From: Actinomycetes bacterium
GTDB taxonomy: Bacteria; Actinomycetota; Acidimicrobiia; Acidimicrobiales; SZUA-35
Assembly: GCA_024280015.1 (NCBI GenBank)
Contig: JAJRQY010000140.1
Coordinates: 66,299-130,298 of the forward strand
Length of the DNA: 64,000 nucleotides
Direction of reading: 5' to 3'
Below are positions 37,773 through 47,057 of the stretch, piece by piece (the stretch's first letter is position 1; each line of letters begins with the position of its first letter). Position numbers and translations under genes: made by a program. The notes under the pieces are model-generated. The model made no database searches. It was not told the origin of the DNA and saw only the letters and a program-made list of their open reading frames with translations.

Positions 37773-38696
37773 CTAGGAGTCTGGTCCGGAGGACGGCATT
37801 TCGGGAGTGCTCCAAAGCCGTACTTCACCAAACTCGATCTCGGTAGAGGCCTCGGCGTAGCCGGTTTCTCCCGGCAGCAGCACGTGGTAGCCATGTGCGG
37901 GGTCGCCCACTCGCACGGGCTGTGGCGGCAGGCGAAGGTTGGCCATGTCTATGACCGAGTCAGCTGAAACATGGGGCAGCAGGCAGGCCAACATCCGGAC
38001 GGTCGGTGACATCATCTGGAACTCGCCTGCTCGCCACCGTGCCAAGGCGTCAGCGGGACGAATCCATTCCCAATCGACAATCTCACCGTCGTCATGCACC
38101 GGCTCTTGGCCCGCCGGGGCGCGGGCGACAAAGAAGCGGGCATCAAAGCGACGAGGTGAACCAGGTGGGGTGATGAAGCGGGCAACTTCCTGTATGGCTG
38201 CCGCGTCGATGCTCAAGCCATTGTTCAGCAGCTGATCGACAAAGACACCCTCATCGTTCTGCACGGCATGTCGCAAGGCGTTGACATCGACGCCAGATGT
38301 GTCCGTTACCAGCAGAAGGCCTGCCTCTTCCAAGGTTTCGCGACAACAGGCCAGCCACCAGGCGAGGCCGCCGTCGCTGACTCCGAGCATTGTGGATGCT
38401 TTCTTGTCAGAGAGCCCCGAACATACGGCGTCGAAGTCGGCCTGGTGATCTACAGGGTCGACCCGGCCACCAGGAAAGACCCAGTTGTCGGGGGCAAAAA
38501 CGACGCCCTGGGTCCGTCGCAGCAAAAGGACATGCAGGTCCGGCCGATCCTCAAGCAGCATGACAGTTGCCGCCGCTGAAACCGGAACGCTTTCCGGATC
38601 GAAGTCCAGGTTGGCGTAGCGCCGATCGATGTTTGCCCGGGCTTGTCGCTGTAGCGCGTTAGCCGAACTTGTGTCAATCGAATCTGGTTTAGTCAA
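37773..38696 (-). CDS. NUDIX hydrolase (long form)
   Basis: Nudix box FPGGRVDP...CCRETLEEAGLLL. Start uncertain: TTG 38696 overlaps the fcl stop, and ATG 38561 is an alternative. Confidence 0.7.
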   Translation of the reverse strand: MTKPDSIDTSSANALQRQARANIDRRYANLDFDPESVPVSAAATVMLLEDRPDLHVLLLRRTQGVVFAPDNWVFPGGRVDPVDHQADFDAVCSGLSDKKASTMLGVSDGGLAWWLACCRETLEEAGLLLVTDTSGVDVNALRHAVQNDEGVFVDQLLNNGLSIDAAAIQEVARFITPPGSPRRFDARFFVARAPAGQEPVHDDGEIVDWEWIRPADALARWRAGEFQMMSPTVRMLACLLPHVSADSVIDMANLRLPPQPVRVGDPAHGYHVLLPGETGYAEASTEIEFGEVRLWSTPEMPSSGPDS

Positions 38697-39651
38697 GTCC
38701 GCGGGCGCTGTCTTGATGGTCGATGAACCATCGATAGGTGGATTCGAGTCCTTCGAGGAATTCGATCTGGTGCTTCCACCCAAGACTATGAAGGAGGCCG
38801 ACATCCAGGACCTTGCGAGGCATGCCATCGGGTTTGCTGGAGTCGAATACGAGAATGGCCTCAGGGTAGACAACGGTGCGAATTGCTTCGGCCAGCGACC
38901 GAATTGACAGGTCCTCACCAGTCCCGACGTTCACGTGCAGCTCTTCGCTGTATCCATCCATCAGGAAAAGGCAAGCAGCTGCCAGATCATCGACATGGAG
39001 AAACTCTCGCATGGCCGAGCCGGTTCCCCAGATTGAAACCTCGGGTTCGTTTGCCAGCTTGGCCTCGTGAAATTTGCGCATTAAGGCTGGGATCACATGG
39101 GATGCCGTGAGGTCGAAATTGTCGCCAGGCCCATACAAGTTGGTTGGCATTGCCGAAATGAAGTCGCAGCCGTACTGGCGTCGGTAGGCCCCGCATAACT
39201 TGATGCCAGCAATCTTGGCCAGGGCATAGCCTTCGTTAGTTGGCTCCAACGGACCGGTGAGAAGGGCATCTTCACGAATCGGTTGGGTGGCATGGCGTGG
39301 GTAGATACAGCTGGATCCGAGGTAGAGCAGCTTCTTCACCTCGACCTGGCGAGAGGCCTCGATGACGGTGCCGTGAATCATCAGGTTGTCGTACAAGAAT
39401 TCGGCTGGTCGGGTGGAGTTGGCCATGATGCCGCCAACGGTTCCAGCGACCAGATAGACGTAGTCGGGATGGTTGGTCTGAAACCACTGGTTGACTTCGG
39501 CCTGCATTCGCAGGTCGACATCTTGTCGAGTGGCAGTGAGCACGTTGCTGAACCCGTTGGCCTCAAGCTGACGGAGAATGGCAGAACCAACCAGGCCTCC
39601 GTGGCCGGCGACATAGATTGCGGCATCTTTGGGAACAGAATTGTTCGACAT
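38689..39651 (-). CDS. fcl: GDP-L-fucose synthase (GDP-4-keto-6-deoxy-D-mannose epimerase/reductase)
   Basis: IYVAGHGGLVGSAI Rossmann motif. YLGSSCIYP, YALAK catalytic motif and the full-length pattern match Fcl/WcaG. Confidence 0.88.
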   Translation of the reverse strand: MSNNSVPKDAAIYVAGHGGLVGSAILRQLEANGFSNVLTATRQDVDLRMQAEVNQWFQTNHPDYVYLVAGTVGGIMANSTRPAEFLYDNLMIHGTVIEASRQVEVKKLLYLGSSCIYPRHATQPIREDALLTGPLEPTNEGYALAKIAGIKLCGAYRRQYGCDFISAMPTNLYGPGDNFDLTASHVIPALMRKFHEAKLANEPEVSIWGTGSAMREFLHVDDLAAACLFLMDGYSEELHVNVGTGEDLSIRSLAEAIRTVVYPEAILVFDSSKPDGMPRKVLDVGLLHSLGWKHQIEFLEGLESTYRWFIDHQDSARGLD

Positions 39652-39704
39652 TGTTGGTACTCCAGAAGTCGATTTGGTTCAGCTGACCGGTATCTGTTCT
39701 TACG

Positions 39705-40334
39705 CTAGCCCGATCCCTCGATGGACATGAGTACGGTCGCGTTGTCGACAGAACTGGCGGCGAGGGTGTCCCAAGCCTCGTTCCCGGGATCCCCCTCGCT
39801 GATATCGGCGGGACGCTCCATCACGTAGACCTTGAATTGCAGATCCCTCATGCCTTCCCCCAAGGTTTCTAGGCAAGGGTTGCCCCAGCCGTACTGGCCA
39901 TAGTCATTGAGGGTTTCATAGGCTCCGGCAGGTAGCACGCCTGATTTCAACACATCCCGATCGGGACTGATGCCACCCATCAGCCAGAGCAGAACCGGTA
40001 GATCGGGATCAGTTTGATCGCTCAAGGTCACGGCGAGCTCGACTGCTCGGGCTGGAACGTTTTCGATCCTGAGGTTGGGGAAGACGTTGACACCATCGCA
40101 GCGTGCCAGTGCAGGAGCGGACTCACCGGGCTCGAAGTCAGGGCTGGACAGGGTGAGGCCAGAATCACTGATGCCCTGTGGGGGGGCTGAGGTTGGTGGT
40201 GCCGGCCGAGTCGTCGTTGTTTGCCAGTCCTGAGCCTCGGCCAGGTCCCGACCATCGCTGGCGCATCCAACAACAACAAGGCAAAGAGCACAAGAAACGA
40301 ATATTGACTTTGGAACGAACCACCTCGGGGACAC
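39705..40334 (-). CDS. Lipoprotein, degenerate PEBP (YbhB/YbcL)-like (tentative)
   Basis: Lipobox LCLVVVGCASDG after GTG 40334. LTLSSPDFEPGESAP...DQTDPDLP...LW...GWGNPC...FKVYV loosely follows the PEBP pattern. Confidence 0.4.
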   Translation of the reverse strand: MSPRWFVPKSIFVSCALCLVVVGCASDGRDLAEAQDWQTTTTRPAPPTSAPPQGISDSGLTLSSPDFEPGESAPALARCDGVNVFPNLRIENVPARAVELAVTLSDQTDPDLPVLLWLMGGISPDRDVLKSGVLPAGAYETLNDYGQYGWGNPCLETLGEGMRDLQFKVYVMERPADISEGDPGNEAWDTLAASSVDNATVLMSIEGSG

Positions 40335-40393
40335 GAGGATGGAGAGTAGCTGGGTCCTCGGCCGCGATCGTGGCACCTCGCTACGATGCCGCC

Positions 40394-41692
40394 ATGACCG
40401 ATCGCCGACTTCGCCGTTCCAGCCAAAGGCTGGTTCGCTCGCGTCTTGGATGGCGACCCCGGAATCGACTGTCCTCCACTGGTCTCTTGCGGGGCGGATT
40501 CCTTGGCCCTGATCGGGCCGACGTTCGTCAAAGCTTGGGAGCACTCGTACTTTCGGCCGTGGCCAGTATTGTTGCTGGACTGATCTTGGCTTCGCGACGA
40601 AGCCAGTTCGATGCGTTCCCCGGCCTCCTACTTTTCATCCCGTCCGCCATCGCACTGCGGGGCAATGTCTTTGGGCCGATGGGTAGCCGACTCTCCACCG
40701 CAATCCAGACCGGCACATTCGGTTGGAGCTTCCGACCAGATTCGGTTCTTGGTGAGAATCTCATTGCAGTCCTGATAAACACCCTGGCTGCTGGCCTGGG
40801 GCTGGCTGGGTTCGCAGAGCTCTTCGCTCGAACACTGTCTGACACTGGAGTCGCGGCCATCGGATTCAGTGACTTCATCGTGGTTTCTGTCGTTGGAGGC
40901 TTGCTTGCCTCTGTGGTCGTGCTTGGAGTTGCTCTGGGGCTAACTGTTGCCTCGGCTCGCTTTGGCTGGGACCTCGACAATGTGACGGCTCCCATGGTGA
41001 CTGCGGCCAGCGATGTGATAACGCTGCCTGCTCTCATGATGACCACGGTGCTGCTTGGCCGCGGTTGGTTGACGTTCGCCATTGCCGCCGTTGCGGTCGG
41101 TCTTGTTGTTCTTGGGCTCGTCTTGTTGGTTCGTTCCTCGCTGGACCGGGCAAAGAGGATCGTGTTGGAGTCGATCCCGGTCCTCATCGCCGCCGGCATT
41201 CTGAGCCTCGTTGCCGGGACTGCCATTGAGGCTGCTGGGGGTCGTCTGTCATGGGTGTTCCTGGTGCTCTTGCCTGGCTACCTTGGTTCGGCTGGCGCGC
41301 TTGGCGGCATTCTGGCCAACCGGCTTTCGACCAAGGTTCATCTTGGTTTGGTCGAGGCCTCTCTAATTCCTCGGGGAACGGCTCGATCTGACATGGGGTT
41401 TACTCTGGCCTTGGCGGCACCAATTTTTGTCTTTCTCGTCTTGTTGGCCGAGGGAACTGCTCTGGTCTTTGGCGGTGACTCACCTGGGTTCGCCATGCTT
41501 TTGGCGGTGGTTCTTAGCGCAGGAGCTGTTGCCACCATTTTCGTACTCGGTGTTGCCTACTACGGGACGTTGGCCGTCGTCCGGTTTGGTCTTGATCCGG
41601 ACAATATGGGTATCCCCATGGTCACAGCTGCCCTCGATGTTGTCGGAGCGCTCACCTTGATTTCAGCGGTGAGTGTTTGGGGCGTGACATGA
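40394..41692 (+). CDS. MgtE-type divalent-cation transporter membrane module (duplicated, no cytosolic N/CBS domains)
   Basis: Two homologous halves each carry GNVFGPMGSRLST / GALGGILANRLST-type motifs and DNVTAPMVTAASDVITL / DNMGIPMVTAALDVVGAL motifs, typical of the MgtE/SLC41 membrane domain. Start at ATG 40394. Confidence 0.7.
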   Translation: MTDRRLRRSSQRLVRSRLGWRPRNRLSSTGLLRGGFLGPDRADVRQSLGALVLSAVASIVAGLILASRRSQFDAFPGLLLFIPSAIALRGNVFGPMGSRLSTAIQTGTFGWSFRPDSVLGENLIAVLINTLAAGLGLAGFAELFARTLSDTGVAAIGFSDFIVVSVVGGLLASVVVLGVALGLTVASARFGWDLDNVTAPMVTAASDVITLPALMMTTVLLGRGWLTFAIAAVAVGLVVLGLVLLVRSSLDRAKRIVLESIPVLIAAGILSLVAGTAIEAAGGRLSWVFLVLLPGYLGSAGALGGILANRLSTKVHLGLVEASLIPRGTARSDMGFTLALAAPIFVFLVLLAEGTALVFGGDSPGFAMLLAVVLSAGAVATIFVLGVAYYGTLAVVRFGLDPDNMGIPMVTAALDVVGALTLISAVSVWGVT

Positions 41693-41716
41693 TCATCAAG
41701 ACCGACTCGCCCACAA

Positions 41717-41747
41717 GACTGACTTGCTCAGAACGACTGACTTGCTC
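41717..41747. repeat. Direct repeat GACTGACTTGCTC x2 (18-nt period)
   Basis: Read directly at 41717..41729 and 41735..41747, in the permease-regulator intergenic region. Confidence 0.8.
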
Positions 41748-41781
41748 GCTACTACTGCTTCTCCAGCGAAGATAGGAAACT

Positions 41782-42999
41782 GTGGAAACCAAGAATCTCC
41801 GAGAAATGCTGGCCGAGGCCAAGGACACCAGCGAACTGATGGTGGACCTAGCCTATGCCGCAGTCTTCTTTGACGATCCAGACATGGCCGATGAGGTTGA
41901 TGGTCTGGAGAGCGAGATCAGCGAGCTGGTGCATGACATGCGGACCTTGTGCGTCATTGCGGTCCGCAACCCACGCGAGGCCGAGGCAATGTCTGCTGTG
42001 TTGCAAGTCATCTCTGCGGTTGAACGAATTGGCAATGATGCGGTTGATATTGCCCGAATAGTTACCAGGCGTCTCGGGATTCCTCACGAGCTTGTTGTCG
42101 ATATGGCCGCAGCAGAAGAAATCTCTCATCGGGTGGAGATCGCTGACGGGTCCCACTTTGCCAATCGGCCCCTGTCGGCATTCGAACTTCCAATCGTCAC
42201 TGGCTTGCGAGTGATGGCTATTCGTCGGGGACGATCTTGGCTCATTGATCCCAAAGGAAATGAAATCCTCCAACCAACTGATGTGCTCTTTCTACGTGGT
42301 TCCCCGGACGGAATCGAACGCCTCCGCGAGCTGGCGGGAGCCTCGTCCTACACGCCACCAGTGGCGGCAACCGAGACGCGGGCCCTTACCGATCTTGACC
42401 GGGCCATTGACACCCTGGTTGAGATGAAGAACTTGTCCGAGGTTGCGGTCGGTCTGGCGTATTCGTCGCTGGTGTACCGAGATCGAAGCCTGGCAGCTGA
42501 GGTACGTCACCTGGAGGACCGTCTGGATGAGATGAACCATCGGCTGGAGCTTTGGGTTCTAGGCGCAGCTGGTGATGGAGCTGACCCTGGCCCCTTACGT
42601 GGCTTGTTGCATTTGGGAACCGCAGCTGAGGATCTGGGGGATCAAGCTCAGTCGATGGTCTGGTTGGTTGAGAAGTCCGGTGATCTTCACCCGGTTCTTG
42701 GCATTGCCCTTGGTGACACCGATGATGTAGTCGTTCGGATACCGGTGGCCGAGCAGAGCCAGGTTGCTGATAAGACCCTGGCCGAACTCGAGCTACCGAT
42801 CGAACCAGGGTTCAATGTTCTAGCGATCGATCGAGGCGGGCACTATCGATATCGGCCTCGCAGCCAGGTGCGGCTCGTGCCAGGTGATCAGGTCTTGGCC
42901 AGTGGGCCAGAAGAAGGCCGAGCGGCACTGGCGGAAATGTTGGGCTGGGTCCTGACCGAAGATGATGACGGTGATTTTGTCTTGGAACCTCTTCCCTAG
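41782..42999 (+). CDS. Cytosolic regulator with 2x(PhoU-like helical + TrkA-C/RCK_C) domains
   Basis: Two repeats of a helical segment (SELMVDLAYAAVFFDD...; SEVAVGLAYSSLVYRD...). Each is followed by a TrkA-C-like beta domain (ANRPLSAFELPIVTGLRVMAIRRG...; ADKTLAELELPIEPGFNVLAIDRG...). Confidence 0.65.
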   Translation: METKNLREMLAEAKDTSELMVDLAYAAVFFDDPDMADEVDGLESEISELVHDMRTLCVIAVRNPREAEAMSAVLQVISAVERIGNDAVDIARIVTRRLGIPHELVVDMAAAEEISHRVEIADGSHFANRPLSAFELPIVTGLRVMAIRRGRSWLIDPKGNEILQPTDVLFLRGSPDGIERLRELAGASSYTPPVAATETRALTDLDRAIDTLVEMKNLSEVAVGLAYSSLVYRDRSLAAEVRHLEDRLDEMNHRLELWVLGAAGDGADPGPLRGLLHLGTAAEDLGDQAQSMVWLVEKSGDLHPVLGIALGDTDDVVVRIPVAEQSQVADKTLAELELPIEPGFNVLAIDRGGHYRYRPRSQVRLVPGDQVLASGPEEGRAALAEMLGWVLTEDDDGDFVLEPLP

Positions 43000-43021
43000 C
43001 TGACTCAACCTTCTGAGTCAG
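43000..43021. terminator. Stem-loop directly after the stop codon (8-bp stem, no U-tract)
   Basis: CTGACTCA-ACCTTC-TGAGTCAG between convergent genes. Confidence 0.35.
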
Positions 43022-43067
43022 CGGAGGCGAGGCTCCAAGACGTACTGTTTTCCTATTGCTCGTCTTC

Positions 43068-44162
43068 CTACTGTGCTGCTGGGCCCGGGGGAGGAGGGCT
43101 CTGAGTTGGCGGTGCTTGGATTGGAGCGGTTGGCCGTGCCGGAGCAGTGGCCGTTGTTGTGGCCACCACCTTTCGTTTTGGTGCAGCCTGGGGACCATCA
43201 GACCCCTGTGGGCCACCGTCCTTGAACAGTTCGGCGATTCCACCGAGGGCTCCCATGGTTGCCCCCATCTCCGTTGGTAGGAAGATTTTGGTTGCCGTTC
43301 CGTTGGCGATGCCTTGCAGTGCTTCCAGGTACTTGATGGCGATAACCCGATCGTCAGTCCCGGCATCGGTTATGGCCCCAAATACTGAGTGGATGGCCGC
43401 CGCCTCACCAGCAGCAACGACCTCTTGGCGGTACTGCTCGGCTTCGGCGTTCAGGCGTACGGCTTGGGCCTCACCTTCGGCATTGAGAATATCTTTCTGC
43501 TTGCGTCCCTCCGCACTCAGGATAGCTGACTGCTTCTCGCCTTCGGCTCGGGTGATGGCTGCCTCACGAGTACCTTCGGCCTCGGTGACCACGGCTCGGC
43601 GTGTTCGCTCGGCTTTCATCTGCTCGTGCATGGCATGCATGACGTCTGCGGGAGGATCGATGCGCTGGATCTCAACCCGCACGACCTTGACACCCCACTT
43701 GTCAGTTGCCTCATCCAGAATCTGGCGCAAGGTGTCATTGACTCGCTCGCGGGATGTGAATGCCTCATCCAAGCTCATCTCGCCAATCACATTTCGTAGG
43801 TTGGTCTGGGACAGCTTGGTGATGGCAAGGAGGAAATTGGAAATGTTGTAAAGCAGACGCTGCGGATCAGTTGGCTCAAAGTAGACAACGGCATCAACCG
43901 CAGCCGTCACATTGTCCTGAGTAATGACCTCTTGGGGAGGAACGTCAATGACTTGTTCACGCATGTCGACCTTCTTCAAGGTCTCGATGAAGGGAGCGAT
44001 AAGGCGCAGCCCCGGCTCGGTTGTTTCCTTGTAGCGACCAAGTCGTTCAACAACACCGCGCTGGTACGGACGAACGATACGTACACCGGCGGCTACATAA
44101 ACGACGAGGAGCAATACAAAGACTGCGAGCAGTCCTAAAATAGCTCCACCTGCTGAATTCAT
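43068..44162 (-). CDS. SPFH/band-7 (stomatin-like) protein with Pro/Ala-rich tail
   Basis: N-terminal TM, then the SPFH core [18 protein letters not shown]...[10 protein letters not shown]...QEVITQDNV. Confidence 0.88.
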   Translation of the reverse strand: MNSAGGAILGLLAVFVLLLVVYVAAGVRIVRPYQRGVVERLGRYKETTEPGLRLIAPFIETLKKVDMREQVIDVPPQEVITQDNVTAAVDAVVYFEPTDPQRLLYNISNFLLAITKLSQTNLRNVIGEMSLDEAFTSRERVNDTLRQILDEATDKWGVKVVRVEIQRIDPPADVMHAMHEQMKAERTRRAVVTEAEGTREAAITRAEGEKQSAILSAEGRKQKDILNAEGEAQAVRLNAEAEQYRQEVVAAGEAAAIHSVFGAITDAGTDDRVIAIKYLEALQGIANGTATKIFLPTEMGATMGALGGIAELFKDGGPQGSDGPQAAPKRKVVATTTATAPARPTAPIQAPPTQSPPPPGPAAQ

Positions 44163-44248
44163 GATGTTCCCTCTTTCGTGGTGACGGGGTTGCCGTCCGG
44201 TTGTGATTGTTTGGGTCGAATCGTGGATTCGACCCTGGGTCTCGCTTG

Positions 44249-44743
44249 TTAGAACTGGTTTTGTGACTCGGCGGAGGGTTCGACGATGACTCGTGTTCCC
44301 TTCACCTCGATGATTGAGACTCGTGTTCCGGCCATGATTCCCATGCCATCTCGGCCTTCAGCTCGCCACTTCTCTCCGGCGATCTTGACCATGCCAGATT
44401 TACTCAGTCCAACAGGAATCTCAGCAATGACCTCCCCGCTGTGACCGATCAGACGATTCGCCCCGACTCCAATGGGGTTAGGCGTATTGCGCTCCATCTT
44501 TCTGGCCAATGGTCGCAAGGCGAAGAAGGTGCCCAGGGAGACAGCAACGAAAACGGCAAAGCCAACGGGAACTGGCGCCCCAATAAAGCTCACAAAGGCT
44601 GCGGCGATTGCACCAATGGCGAAAGGAACGAGGAAGAAGCCACCGATGGCAACGATCTCGCCGATGGCCAAGGTCGCTGCTAGTCCCATCCAGATCAGTC
44701 CCCAGACTGCAGGATTATCTAGGTTGTCCACTGTTCCCTCCAT
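44249..44743 (-). CDS. NfeD family membrane protein
   Basis: Three TM helices plus a C-terminal OB-fold segment [10 protein letters not shown]...[12 protein letters not shown]...[18 protein letters not shown]. Lies upstream of the stomatin gene, the classic nfeD-SPFH pair. Confidence 0.8.
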   Translation of the reverse strand: MEGTVDNLDNPAVWGLIWMGLAATLAIGEIVAIGGFFLVPFAIGAIAAAFVSFIGAPVPVGFAVFVAVSLGTFFALRPLARKMERNTPNPIGVGANRLIGHSGEVIAEIPVGLSKSGMVKIAGEKWRAEGRDGMGIMAGTRVSIIEVKGTRVIVEPSAESQNQF

Positions 44744-44900
44744 GATCTTGGCGATGTCGCCGTCTGTATGAGACTAGTAACGCCGCGACCCCGGGTCTGG
44801 GTTCCCGAGAAATATCAGAAATTGTTCGATTCGATTCCCATCGGTGGTCAGGACAGTCTTGCCCCGACCACTTCGAGGACGATCGGATTAGCCTGCCCGG

Positions 44901-45761
44901 ATGGCCCGCCTCCTCAGTATCCATGCTCATCCCGATGACGAAGCCTCCAAGGGGGCACCCACGACCGCTAAGGCAGTGGCTCAAGGGCATGAGGCATACC
45001 TGGTTTGTGCCACTGGCGGTGAGGCCGGTGACATCTTGAACCCAGCGATGGACCGCCAAGAAGTCAAGGATGACCTAGCCAACGTTCGGGCTCGCGAGCT
45101 GGCCGAATCGGTCAAGATCATTGGCTACCAGGAGCTGGTCATGCTCGGCTATCTGGACTCGGGCATGCCAGATAGTGATGCCAATGCCGACCCATGCTGT
45201 TTCGCCAACGCTGAGTTGGATGAGGCCGCGGGCCGACTGGTGAAGATCATTCGACGGCTTCGCCCACATGTCATCATGACGTACAGCGATGATCAACAGG
45301 GGTACCGGCATCCCGATCATCTCCAGGTTCACGATGTGAGTGTGTTGGCCTATGAGCGATCAGGCGATCCTGATTGGTACCCCGAAGCGGGAGATCCTTG
45401 GACTCCGAGCAAGCTGTATTATTCGATGTGGAGCCGTTCACGGATGCTGGCCTATGACGAGGCCTACAAGCGGTTGGAGATCGAGTCGCCCTACGACAAG
45501 CGCTGGTTCGACCGTCCGTCGCAGGATCATCGGATCACTACTCGGGTTGAGATTGCCGAATGGCACGGGGTTCGGGCCGCCGCCCTTTTGGCTCATGCCA
45601 CCCAAGTAGATCCGAATGAGAAGTTCTGGTTCGGCCTTCCCGAAGAAGAGACTGTCGCTGCCTATCCCTACGAAGACTTCATCCTGGCCCGTTCGATAGT
45701 TGGCACACCAGTTGATGGCGAGTTGGAAGACGACATCTTCGCCGGCATCGGCGACGACTAG
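44901..45761 (+). CDS. mca: Mycothiol S-conjugate amidase (Mca/MshB LmbE-like deacetylase family)
   Basis: LLSIHAHPDDEASKGA...TGGEAGDILNP...HPDH motifs resemble Mca as I recall it. The Mca versus MshB assignment rests on N-terminal similarity only. Confidence 0.75.
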   Translation: MARLLSIHAHPDDEASKGAPTTAKAVAQGHEAYLVCATGGEAGDILNPAMDRQEVKDDLANVRARELAESVKIIGYQELVMLGYLDSGMPDSDANADPCCFANAELDEAAGRLVKIIRRLRPHVIMTYSDDQQGYRHPDHLQVHDVSVLAYERSGDPDWYPEAGDPWTPSKLYYSMWSRSRMLAYDEAYKRLEIESPYDKRWFDRPSQDHRITTRVEIAEWHGVRAAALLAHATQVDPNEKFWFGLPEEETVAAYPYEDFILARSIVGTPVDGELEDDIFAGIGDD

Positions 45762-45772
45762 GATTGTTGAAC

Positions 45773-46129
45773 ATGACGAGCGCAGTATTTACTGATGAAT
45801 GGGGGCAAGCTCTGGCCGAGGCCAGCGGCGGACGGGAAGCTATTCCTGGTCTTAGTGGAGTCATCGATCTTGGAATTGGAAAGACGGTCCAGGCAAGGCT
45901 GTCCATTGTGGATGGCCGAGCAATTGGATCCAGTGAGGAAGAGGCCGGCGGCCATATTCCCTTTACTGGCGCCCAGCTTGAAGCCTGGCAAAATGGTGAA
46001 CTCAATCTGACTCAGGCCTATACCAAGGGAGACTTGAAGGCGACCGGCAAGACTGGCCACCTGCTGGCAGCTCTTGAATTGTTGGACGATCGGTCAATCG
46101 TTGACGGACTTCCACGGCCTTCTGTCTAG
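45773..46129 (+). CDS. SCP2 sterol-binding-domain-like protein (tentative)
   Basis: The C-terminal segment LTQAYTKGDLKATGKTGHLLAALELL resembles the SCP2 fold signature. Confidence 0.45.
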   Translation: MTSAVFTDEWGQALAEASGGREAIPGLSGVIDLGIGKTVQARLSIVDGRAIGSSEEEAGGHIPFTGAQLEAWQNGELNLTQAYTKGDLKATGKTGHLLAALELLDDRSIVDGLPRPSV

Positions 46130-46200
46130 CAAGAGGTCGCTGGCTCGTTGCGGTGAAACTCGGCTGTTGTTGCCAGGTTCAGTAGCGGCCGCCGGACGGA

Positions 46201-46743
46201 CTACTCAAGCGGCTGATCTGGACCATCGCATACTCCCCAGAGGCCGCGTCCAGCAGATTTTGCCTCGGCCCGCACAGTGTCAAAGTGTCGGGCATAGTCA
46301 TCGTTTGGCGCATAACTCACGGAGTCGGCGTACCCGCCCTCAATCAACCACTGGTTGACAAAGAGGTCGTCTTCATGTCGGTAGACATAGAGCAAGAGCC
46401 GTCCGTAGCGATCTCGGGCTTCCTCACCTCGCTCGATTCGGACAAGGGACCCGACGGGAAGCAGGCCCTTCAGGGCCTCGCTAGCCTCGGCGCCGTAGCA
46501 CTGGACCGGCACGCTCTTACTCACTGTCTCCGGGGTATCAATACCAATGAGACGAACCCGCTCATGCTGATCATCGATGTCTAGCTCGATGGTGTCGCCA
46601 TCAATGACGAACACGACTTCGGCCAGGAGTTCATTGGGTGCTTGGGACTGACGGGTGCCTTCGTTGTCGGCAGTATTGGAGAGCCGGGGCCACAGGAACC
46701 AGGCGAGAAGTAGAACAAGAATTGGGAGCGCCGCCCTCTTCAT
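46201..46743 (-). CDS. Secreted thermonuclease (SNase-like)
   Basis: Signal peptide present. VIDGDTIEL...VRLIGIDTPE...YGAEA...DRYGRLLLYV motifs. Confidence 0.8.
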   Translation of the reverse strand: MKRAALPILVLLLAWFLWPRLSNTADNEGTRQSQAPNELLAEVVFVIDGDTIELDIDDQHERVRLIGIDTPETVSKSVPVQCYGAEASEALKGLLPVGSLVRIERGEEARDRYGRLLLYVYRHEDDLFVNQWLIEGGYADSVSYAPNDDYARHFDTVRAEAKSAGRGLWGVCDGPDQPLE

Positions 46744-46761
46744 AGTGAAGTGGGGTAGCGA

Positions 46762-46929
46762 CTAGGCGGCGATTGGCAGAGAAGCATCGTCACCTACGGT
46801 AGTGATCCGGTGGACGCGGAGCACCTCTCTGGCTTGGGCCAGGCCATCTCGTCCAATTCGCTTGGTCTCTTCATCGATAAGCCAGGCCGAGGGGGTTGTA
46901 GGTAGCAGAACAAGCTGTGAGGTCTTCAT
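46762..46929 (-). CDS. Small hypothetical protein (55 aa)
   Basis: Translation MKTSQLVLLPTTPSAWLIDEETKRIGRDGLAQAREVL. Weak evidence, based on position and coding-like composition only. Confidence 0.3.
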   Translation of the reverse strand: MKTSQLVLLPTTPSAWLIDEETKRIGRDGLAQAREVLRVHRITTVGDDASLPIAA

Positions 46930-47057
46930 GTCTTCCACTATGACCGTGGGGTGTGACACTGTGATTGCCGAGAGTGGTAGATCGCACGGATTCGCGCTTC
47001 GTTGGGTGAGTATTCCCAACGGATTCCCATCGGTGACGCGCCATCTGGAGGACCTCG

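Noticed and set aside
40178-40393. The N-terminal extension of the MgtE-like ORF, and the antisense ORF 40528..41226.
   Set aside because: The extension overlaps the divergent lipoprotein gene. ATG 40394 gives a sensible cytosolic N-terminus. The antisense ORF has a shadow composition.
44815-44832. A possible LexA box upstream of mca (CAGAAATTGTTCGA).
   Set aside because: Only the right half-site GTTCGA is present. The left half does not match TCGAAC.
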